The notes below the pieces were generated by a model. The model was given only the letters and a program-made list of their open reading frames with translations. It was not told the origin of the DNA and did no database searches. Below, one piece after another: positions 54,568 to 64,000 of a stretch of DNA of 64,000 nt. The translations under genes and the position numbers were made by a program. Origin of the DNA: Kondoa subrosea (Eukaryota); NCBI GenBank assembly GCA_039545335.1, contig BCIN01000009.1, positions 434,001 through 498,000 of the forward strand. Reading direction: 5' to 3'. The first letter of the stretch is position 1, and each line of letters begins with the position of its first letter.

Positions 54568-56408
54568 ATGTATGCGCCTCAGCAGATGCAAATGGGGCAG
54601 CAAGTGTATGTCAACTGAGCTGTCTCACTCACGAGCAGGCCTGACTTGAGACGCTTGAAATGCAGCCGCTATCCTGGCCAAACACCGGCTTATGGTGCTA
54701 CATCTGCATATGCTCAGCTACCTCCTCAACAGAGACCTGCTTATGCTACACAGTTACCGCAAGCAAGCGTGCAACAACCTCAGGTGCCTCTATCAGCTAA
54801 AAAGACTGGTCATCAGTGCGTGCTGTTTACAATTCAGCTGAACCAGGCCTCATTGCGTCCACGATAGACCTACAGGAGATGGAGATAGCTCATACAAAAA
54901 TGCTCGAAAGAGGAACAAGCCTTCAGACCGAAACTTACCACTTTTTGGAACTTCTAATTTATCATCCACAACCGAATCAGACGCTGCTCTGTCTGCTTTA
55001 GCTTCTTCTTACTCTGCTCTAGTCAATATGGAGAAGAAAATGGATGCTACTGTCAATAGAAAGAGACTTGAAATTATGGAAACCTTAGGCATGACTGGAG
55101 CATATGCTGGAGCTTTGGGAACGGCCGCTGGAAAAGTTCCCAAAGTCAGAAGGAAGTTGAGAGTCTGTGTATGGAATGAGATAGAGGCTGAGTCGGCCAA
55201 AGAAGAGCAAGTCAAGGAGGAACCACTGCAGGACGATCCTGTCGCTGCTGAAACTAAACCACCGAAATGGACGCTCAAGATATGTGGCAAACTTGTAGAC
55301 GTGAGTCTGTCGTCGGTTACGGATGAGCAGGACTCATATGTAAGTACAGCAACAAGATTCGACAAAGCTAGACACCGACCAAAAGTTCTCTTCTTTGGTT
55401 CAATCGATAGCGGTCGAAACTGATCCGATAGACGAGTTCTCGTCAGAGAAGGAAAGGACGGAGGTTCGTGATGGTCCTATTTATGCTACCTGTAGCTCAC
55501 AGGGATTTTCTTGCAACAGTGGCATCGACCTCAGAACAGCAATGCCTCTACCGATACTGTCACCCTTTTATCCTCGTCTTCACCCTCGCGCTCTTGTTCC
55601 CTTCATCTGCATCTCTCACACTATCCAGACCGATGCAAACTTGCTCCTGAACTGGCTGCTATTCTTGATCTGAGTGAAGCTAGCAAGTCAGACATTTTGG
55701 CCGCTTTATGGGTCTACATCAGGAAGCATGGCCTGCAAGATCCAGAAAACAGGCAGAATATAAAATTAGATGACACGCTCAAAAAGGTGCGATCAAACAC
55801 TGTATCAGGGCCGCCTTCTTGAAGACTAAGTAGTGACTTGATCGTACAGGTCTTCCAAATACCTCAACTGGTCATTCCCGTTTATCTTTTAGCAGAACAT
55901 ATCGTTCGACTCATCTCTAAACCTGACCCTGTGATTATCAACTATTCTATTCGAACGGATGCTTTACCTGAAGAGACTGCTCAATCTTGGGATATTGAGA
56001 TCAATGTTGAAGACTCAGCAAGCAAGAAACAGATGCAGACCGTACTGGAATCCATCAATTCTAGTACCTTGACAAAGGAGATTATCGAATTGGATGATCA
56101 GGTACGTTATCGATGTCGGGCACGCAAAATGATTCGCTCATACCTAGCGCCAATACGTACAGATCGCACACAAAGTTTCTACGATCAGATCTTCCAAGAC
56201 AAAGAGGGATTTCCTCGCCGCTTTTGCTGAAGACCCGAAAGAATTCATCTCTACTTGGCTTCATTCTCAAGCGAAAGACGCAGAGATGATTGCTTCCGGC
56301 GATAGAGCATCGTTAGCTCTTGGTGCATCAGTCGAGGATATCAGGCGAGCAGACTTTTATCGCGATGCGAATTGGCTCGGAGATGCGATACGGTTGGGTT
56401 TCAGATGA
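54568..56408 (+). CDS. SNF12: SWI/SNF-RSC subunit BAF60/Snf12/Rsc6 (SWIB domain)
   Basis: KPSDRNLP, MEKKMDATVNRKRLEI, RKLRVCVWN, WTLKICGKL, KLAPELAAILDLSEASKSDILAALWVYIRKHGLQDPENR, KRDFLAAFAEDPKEFISTWLHSQAKD. The exact 3' end is uncertain. Confidence 0.85.
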
Positions 56409-56481
56409 ATCATGGTTTAGACTACAGAAGTTGTATTACATGAGATGGTGTATTGATATTACATGGAACTGCATGATTGTA

Positions 56482-59110
56482 TTAAGGAATTTCTCCCAAG
56501 AAACCCTGTGGTTGTACAAGGGAACTCCAAAAATCGTCATCATTATGAGCAGGAGCCAGCTGATGGAAGCCATGCCAGTCTGGCAGCAGATTACCGAAAA
56601 TTGCATCCATTTCACCCAGATTGCCAGTAACTGCTTCCAAATCGAAATCATTCGGAAACAAGGAGCTGGCTTGAGTTGGCATCAGGTTTTCAAAGTTGTA
56701 CATTGTAGCTGGATCAGGTGTATTGAGATTAGGATCAGAATAGAGCAGTGCGAAGATATCGTGGCGATGTTCTGCGTCCAGACCATTTGTCCGCTCTTCC
56801 TCATCTTCGTTCTGTAGTAGTGATAGAACGCCTTCTCGGACCCTTGATGTTTTCTCGTCGTCCACAGGTCGCGCGTCATAGACCAATCCATACGTCTGCA
56901 CGAATCATCAGCCCCCACGCTCGCGAGTACAAATAGCTTACCTCGAACAGCCTTCGTATACTCTCACACCATCTAGCGGCAATGCGAGGCCAATACGGCT
57001 GAAAGGCACTGCTTTGGGTGTCAACTGTGGCCGACTGCTGAATGGATCACTAACGTGAGAAGCATTGCTTCCTGCTTGCAATAATGTAAAGCTGAACTGA
57101 ATTGGAACGGCCGAACTCCAAACCAGTACAGCTGCGAATGAACGGTAGAAGCGCTGAGAAGAGCAAAGCCAATGAAGGGATTGCATTGCAAAGCTGGTAG
57201 TTGCGCAGCGATATCGGTGATATTCTTTGCCGCGTCGCACATCAAAGTATACCTGTTATATAATATCAGATTGACACTCAGTTCGCTCATAGAAAGCTCA
57301 CGAAGTCTCCCAAAATTGGTCTGGCTTGGGTGGGGCTAGATAGAAGAGTTTCGGACCATCTCTACCGCACTCGAGAAGGTGAGAAAAGTACGAATCGGTG
57401 CAGACCATCAGACTCACATCGGCCCGTGAGATGGTGTCCATGTCGTCGGTGGCAAGCTAGGAAAGGAAATTAGATAGCTCATCGATTAAGCGAACAATCT
57501 TACAATGGACAGAAGTCTCGATGCAAATATAGTACCGAAGTTTGATGAAGTATATGAAGTAAACCGAAAAGACGGTCTTCACCAGCTAGAACATGAGCCA
57601 TTTGAGTGGAAGGACTGGACTTGTACTGATCAGGAAGACTGGAATGCCACCTATCGCACCAAGCTTAGCTACTAAAGGATAAGAGCGGACCCAACAAACC
57701 TCTTCAGCTCTTCATTCAGACCATAAAATGTGCTTGTAGGATCCCAAGGAGCTCGCGAGTCGACGTTCTTCCCGCCTGGCGGGTATGTTCTAGAGTCAAG
57801 AACGATTCGAAAAACGAAACGACTTACCTGCATTGACATATGCTATAACCCGAGCATAGAGATCGGCAATTCTTAAGACCTGACCAAAGAGATCCGCTTC
57901 GTTGGTTTCTACAGCCATACTCAGCTTCATGACCTGGACGTCTTTGCTTACAGACTTACGACCAAAGCCAGCTGCTGGAGCCCAAGCTGGTAGATTCTGA
58001 TGAAAGGGTGCGGTCGGCACGGAACGATTCGAGAAGTAATCGTCATTCGACATCGGTAAGCGAATAAGGATGAAGAAAGGATCGTAACGAATTGAGCATT
58101 GCCGAACACCGTCTGCTAGCAGACTTTCCAGTAAGAATGCACACCACCAAGTTCTTCTTGCTTCTTCAGCTAATTGAGGTTCTTCTGCTTTCTGTTTTCC
58201 ATTTGAAGCGTGAGACGGCGCTGATTTGATTTGATTGTTATCGAGCTTCAAGATTTGCCCGATCCTGATTGCTTGACCTAATAAAGCCCAGCCCCTCTTC
58301 TCCGATTTATCCATACAGTCATATAAACAGAGCATAAGCAGTGTTTGCATTCTGGTCAGAGTATAAGTATCAGGTGATTCCCTTGTGATGGCTAATGCAG
58401 CGTCGAAGTAAGCTGAGGCTGCATCTTGACGGTAGTCGAGCAAAGCCGGCAGAAAGCGAGCGCCTAGACTTAGCATAGCGAACGAGATTTCTGGTGATGA
58501 AGTGTTGGACATGATTGCATAACGGAAAGTCGGGCGATGGAAGAAGGTGAAAAGTCCTGCATCTGTGAGACAAAAAGCTATAATCGGCATCGTTCCTTGC
58601 TGATACAGAGTCGTCTCACCTTCGAAGTTTGAGGAGAAAGCATCATATGTAGCCAACAATAGATCTGGCGGAGGCAGAGTAGTAGCGGTGGTCGAAGTGA
58701 AAGAAGGAAGCGGCGGAAGTGTCGAGCTTGACGCGGAAGCTGAAGGACTGACTAGATTTACTTGACTGGTCGAGCCTCCGGGCGATTGTTGCGTTGCTGG
58801 ATGGTTGCCTTCATAGTCACACGGAATGCCTTTCTTTATACAGAAGGTGCAGCTTGGATATTCACCGCTAGACGAAGTGCAGACACAAGTGAACTCCCGC
58901 AATCGCCCCGATAAGCTTTTCTGCGCCTACCTGCATCGAATCTTGCGCTTTCTGTAGACAAATATGAGATTACTTGAACGTATACCGATCCTGGAAAGAC
59001 ACTGACCTGCATTTGACACATGCGACTGAAGCTCTGTTGCCAATCTTTATTTTCCCCGTCTTTTTGGATCCTGCCTGGTCGGCTTGCCGCTGTGATGTCG
59101 CGTTCTTCAT
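56482..59110 (-). CDS. Zn(II)2Cys6 fungal transcription factor with middle-homology (Fungal_trans) domain
   Basis: Spliced ACVKCRKRKIRCSGEYPSCTFCIKKGIPCDY, plus FTFFHRPTF, QTLLMLCLY, GQAIRIGQILKL, EEARRTWW. Confidence 0.88.
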
Positions 59111-59461
59111 GCAAACAGTGATCTTTGTCCTATGGGGGAGAGAGAGGAAGAGGAGAAGCGAGACAGCCAATTGGGTGTAAAGATACTTGACCCGCAAAAC
59201 GGAAATGTATAGGAGAACAGAGCAGAAATATCAAGGCAGAAGCGCCCACAGATAAGGCCAATAGCTATCACAAGGCGGATCAGACGCAGTCAGCACAGCT
59301 TATGCACTGCCGTGGTCTTTGACTAAGCCTTGAAGCAACTACCGGTGTCCAGTGTGAGTTATTGTTATGCAAGGTTATGCCTTCTACCAAATGTACACTG
59401 TATTGCCCATCTCACTTACTCTCCAAATGAATGTGTCTAGTTAAATTAAAGCTTTCAACAT

Positions 59462-61157
59462 TCAAGGCAACCAAATCTTGACCGTCTGTTCCGCCCAATA
59501 TCAGCTTCGCGATGCTTAAAGAAGAACACGACTGACCTGGTCCACACTCCCAGTTGCTAACACATTAACCGTTCTACTACTATCCGCAGTCGTGACCCCA
59601 TTCGCGCCATTATCAGGTCCAGCAACTTTCGACGTTGATCTTCCCCAAGCCATACAAGTGACGAAATGTTCATGGGCTTCAATAGTTTTCGTACATCGTC
59701 CAGTCTTGAGTTCCCATATTCGAATTGTCTTGTCGTCGGAAGCGGATAAGAGATATTTACCGGATGGATGGAAGACCAGAGCTCTTATCCAGTTATCGTG
59801 ACCGGACTGTACGAATTGAACAAAGCTCAGCGAGATTCTGCTAAGCGATGTTCTGACACACCAAGGTCCGCAAACATTGCCCGCTCGAGCCATCCCAAAT
59901 TCGTATCGTCTTGTCTCTAGAACCAGAAGCTATAAATATTGAAGAAGCCAGTTCAGCGGCGCTTTTCGGTGTTGCCTATTGCGCATCAATCAGCATTGAC
60001 GAAAACAACAAACGACGACAACAGACTATCGACGCTAATTCTCGTATTGCTGCATGAGCTGCTATCGGCGCAAAGACAGCTGTTTCTACTACGTTGTCGT
60101 GACCTCGGAAGTCCAATTTGGTTTCGCCATTCGATGCGTCCCATAGTCGTGTTGACTAGATATGGTTCAGATGCAGAACATCGATAGACGAATTCTGACT
60201 GACTTGATCACTCGATGCACTGACAAGCCACCGGCCGTCTGCCGATGGCTGTACTGATCTGACCCATTCTGAATGTCCCGAAAAGGTCTTAACACAATAC
60301 CTGTCACTGACCATCAGCTCGTTGAAGTCTAGTGATAACCCATGCTGACCCATTCGCTACTTCCCACAGTCGTATTGTCTTATCTCGACTTGCTGAAACA
60401 ATGACGTCGTCCGAAGGCATAAATGCTACAGCAGAAACTGAATGATCATGTCCATGTAGCGTTTTCGTATTCTTATAATCATCCGCTGCATTCCAAATCT
60501 TGATAGTAAGATCCGAAGAACACGATACTGTTGGTAGATCGATCCCATAAGCACTTGAATTGCTTGAAATGAAATCCGTTCAACCAACCTAATAAATTCC
60601 CTTTCGAATCGAAATCACAATCTTGAACAGTCTTAGTATGACCTTTCAACGTCCTTTCAAAATCTCCGGTCTCATAATCCCAAACTTTCATACTTGCATC
60701 TTCGCTAGCGGAAACCAAAGTACTGAAAACAGGATGAAAACAGATCTTTGTTACTGGTGAGCGATGTCCAGCTAAAGAATGTCTTGCTGGTGGACGAGGT
60801 ACCCAATCTGCTGCTGATCGAGAAGAAGAAGCAGCTGGGAAAGCTCTAGCTTGCGAGAGTTCTTCTAGTAATTGAGCGTTACGACTTTCCAGGTCCATGA
60901 TCTGTTACGAGCTTGAATCATTCAGATATTGAAGACCTACAGCTCATCGACAGACGAACTTTCTTCTGTAATCTAATAACACTGGTCCATTTCTTCTCGA
61001 GCAGGCCAGACCATTTAGCTTTTGGATCATGGACATAGTCTTGCTGATTGCAGTCTTGCTTCAACGCTTCGAATGCAGTCATGAAGCCTGAGCTGGCCAA
61101 CCAGTCGAGCATAGACTTCTGTAGCTCATCCTTCTGGCGCTCTGATAGTGTCGACAT
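59462..61157 (-). CDS. PAC1: Dynein regulator LIS1/NudF/Pac1 (LisH + WD40)
   Basis: [48 protein letters not shown]…[44 protein letters not shown]. Confidence 0.95.
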
Positions 61158-61326
61158 GTAATTCAATATACTCCCAATCAGTGAGCGGCGGAAAGCAAGC
61201 AGCAGCAGCAGGGAAGAGCGATATCAGAGCATAAGGTATGATCCAAAAGCAGCGCAGAGGTATGACAAGTCGTCGAATCTGGTCAACAAGACCCAAGCGC
61301 GTTTCAATGATTCAATGCAAGTCTGC

Positions 61327-62967
61327 TCAAACCCATTGTATCACATATCTTCCCCTGACACTCTGCTTGACGCCCTTCTCATCACTTGGACCAGCCCAGA
61401 AACCTTTCAGTACTTTCGGTAACTGAACCAACGCATAGCCCTCTTCATCAAACTTGACCCCATTCTCTATCAAGGCCAGGATCAAACGTGGAATAGCTGC
61501 TGCAGTGGCATTGAGCGTATGAGCAAAGATAGTTTTGCCTTCCTTCTTTTTCGGTTGATCGTAATTTAAAACAGCAGTCGCTTCTATATGAGGTGGAATT
61601 GGGATATCTAGATCATCAAGACGCTTGACCGGTATGGGCGCAGGACGAGGTGGAGGTGTAGGTTTATATCGAATATCGAGCCGGCGAGATTGATAGTCTG
61701 TGCAATCTGAAGCTGAGGCGACCTGAAAGAGAGGTGAGAAGGTATTAGTTGAAGTCAGATAACAGGCTCACTTCGCCCCAGGATCCTCTACCTGACATCC
61801 AAACTTCTATATCATACTTTCTATAGGCACTTGCGCCCAGTTCCTCCGTCGACATTTCCAGTGTTCTGCCAAGATTCAGCATGATGTTGTCTATAATAGC
61901 AAAAAAGCTCACCTCGTAGGCAGATTCAATCCGTGCAAGATCTTTTCCTGCAAAGTAACCATTTCCTCCAAAATAGTTTCACTTCCATCTTTGGCAGTAA
62001 CGACGAATAGTTCCACTTTACTGAATTGATGTACCCTATATAACCCTCTTGACTCTTTGCCTCTCGCACCAGCTTCAGCTCTATACGCTCTACCAAACCC
62101 AACCAATTTCCGTGGTAAATCTTTCTCATTCAGAACCGATTCTGAGAAATAACCGGCCAAAGGTATTTCAGCCGTTCCAGCCAAAGTAAGTGAATCAGAA
62201 TTATCTTCTTCAGAGTTGACTTGAATATGATACGATTGAGAAGCGCTTTCGTCTCGAGGTTGGAAACCACATCTTTCGCTGTATTGAGTTTTCGTCACAT
62301 CGGGTGTCATAACTGGAGTGAAACCTTCTGCTATTGCTAATGAGACTGCATAGTTGGTTAGAGCTAGCTCTAAGAGTGCCGCTTCGTTGAGGAGGAAGTA
62401 CCATCTTGAACCAGTAACTTTTGCTCCAGCTGCGAAGTCAATCCAATTGAGTTGTTGCGCTACAGACAGATGATCTTTGTGTGCTTGTGCTTTGAGAGAA
62501 GAAGGTGGAGAGCCAGAAGTACGGATTGTTCGACAAGCGTCGTAGCCTCCTTGTGGTGTATTGGGATGAGTTGCGTTTGGTAAACCTGCCAGTTGATCCA
62601 ACAAAGAGGAAGATTGCGTCTTCTCTTGTTCTGCCAAATTAGCAGCCTGTTTGCTCAATGACGAAGCTTCTTCTATCACTTGCTGTCGTTTACTTGCTTC
62701 AAGTGAGGTCTTGAGAGATTTAGTCAAGACGTTCTGACGAGCTCTACACTCTTCCATCAAGCGTGTGGTCTCTTTAGATTGTACGTGAAGTGCCTTCAGT
62801 CCTTCTAAATGCTCCTGGCTCAAGGGTATTTTGCGAAGTCGACATGTTTCTGCTAGTTTCGCTGGATCGTCCAATATGGACAGATCAAGCTTGATAGGGC
62901 CAAGTCTGGCTAGAGGAGTACTAGAGAAGCATCTGTAGATTTGCCTTGCTTCAGGTGCAAGAAGCAT
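61327..62967 (-). CDS. DIA4: Seryl-tRNA synthetase, mitochondrial
   Basis: Presequence, GAKVTGSRWYFL, LAGTAEIPL, AYRAEAGARG…GLYRVHQFSKVE, EELGASAYRKYDIE, SASDCTDYQSRRL, HTLNATAAAIPR. Confidence 0.9.
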
Positions 62968-63185
62968 GCAAGAAGGTCGTCAAGTTGCAACCCAGCAGTA
63001 ATTACATAAGACAAGAGAGAAGTATGGTTGCGGGATCATTCAAGCAGCACAACATTTCCTTCTGAATGCCACATAACAGCAATAACCTTTCTATGTACAA
63101 AGCTTTTTCTTCAAGTATCCACAGTATTTCCTTTGACATATTTGATGACGATGACAAGTCCTATGAGTTTCTGCAGTGCGACCCT

Positions 63186-64000
63186 TCAATCCGAAGTGCA
63201 CCAGTACTGAAGCATCTTCTGGAAATTTGGTGTACCGACTACAATCGGATATGAGCATGTTTAATGCAAAAGGTCGCAGGCACCTGCTTACATCCAGTGA
63301 CGGCATCCCAGCCTTCTGTTGCCGGGAAACCGGTGGTGTTGCAACCCTGAGAAGCACCAGAGGTCTATAGCAATTGCTCATTAATTGGCGAAACAGCAAG
63401 CACAGGTTATAGCACTAACGATATCGTTCAAAGCTTGATATCCCTTGCTGTACAGGAGGGGATTCTGTAACTCGGGGTAAGAGACCGGAAAGCAGACTTT
63501 GAGTTGGGAAGAACCCACTAAGAAGCCTAGAACCGACTTATTTTGCGACAAAAGATGGTCGTTGAGCAAAGCGACCACAGAAGCAAACATAGGTGTAGAA
63601 GCCGAAGTACCATCGACAGGGAGATCTGTGCCATTCCAGTAGATCTTGTAATCTTGACCTTGGGCAGCGACGTCTGGTACAGCTCGACCAGATGCGTTGT
63701 AGAGACCAGCATGCAGATTTCCGATTTTGGCAAGGTAGCCTTCTACAGGGTATTTCTGATAGTCCGGTCGAGGGAAGTAGTTAGAGAAGGACCCTATACC
63801 GCCAACAGGATCAGTGGAAATCAAAGGCTCGCCAAAGATCCAGCATACCGCCTGAGTAGAAGGTGAATTGGGAGTTTGTGTCATTTGCTGCTACTTCAGG
63901 TGCGAAGTTCTTGGTTGCGCCAACAGAAGTCACGTATGCTAGGCTTGAAAGGTCAGTAAAGGTCGAAATCTGGTGAATGAAGAATAATCACGGCTACAAG
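63186..64000 (-). CDS. Tripeptidyl-peptidase / sedolisin (S53), 3' part only
   Basis: YVTSVGAT, FSNYFPRPDYQ, GRAVPDVAAQG, catalytic VDGTSASTP, LLNDH, NPLLY, GFPATEGWDAVTGFGTPNF. The gene runs off the window end. Confidence 0.9.

Noticed and set aside
63135..63158. ORF 63066-63254 contains DIFDDDDK, which looks like a FLAG/enterokinase site
   Set aside because: It is not DYKDDDDK, there is no vector context, and it lies antisense to the peptidase 3' UTR. I treat it as a chance match.
63290..63370. GCCGGGAAACCGGT…CTGAGAAG resembling a TPP riboswitch, SRP RNA or group I intron element
   Set aside because: It is the antisense of the sedolisin exon (SGASQGCNTTGFPATEGWDAVTG), and the other required motifs are missing.

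Overview
Compact, intron-rich fungal nuclear DNA. It is a basidiomycete, and Pucciniomycotina is my inference from gene style: ~50-nt introns with GT(A/G/C)(A/C/T)GT-type donors and CT(A/G)AC-type branch sites. By splicing exons by hand I can reconstruct about 23 protein-coding genes: a PAS-kinase-like kinase, TEF1, a Yap-like bZIP factor hidden from the ORF track, RSA1/NUFIP1, EHD3/HIBCH, LAA1/HEATR5, an HxxxDG acyltransferase, a CigA/O-fucosyltransferase-like protein, a 4CL-like acyl-CoA ligase, a PPIL1-type cyclophilin, a Pcl cyclin, CDC4, ATP2, an FUSC/ArAE-like membrane protein, septin CDC10, SNF12/BAF60, a Zn2Cys6 factor, PAC1/LIS1, mitochondrial SerRS, a partial S53 tripeptidyl peptidase and several orphans. 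I see no tRNA, rRNA, CRISPR array or intact transposon. The most notable signals concern RNA processing. (1) An AT-AC intron with major-spliceosome-type signals sits in a cluster of atypical introns at the 3' end of ATP2. (2) Two 3-nt micro-exons fall inside conserved motifs. (3) The last TEF1 coding exon contains only the stop codon, and its upstream intron can be retained in frame. (4) A multi-hairpin structured RNA candidate lies in an intron of an apparently non-coding host transcript, divergent from the snoRNP-assembly gene RSA1. All gene models are manual, with no database searches or RNA data.
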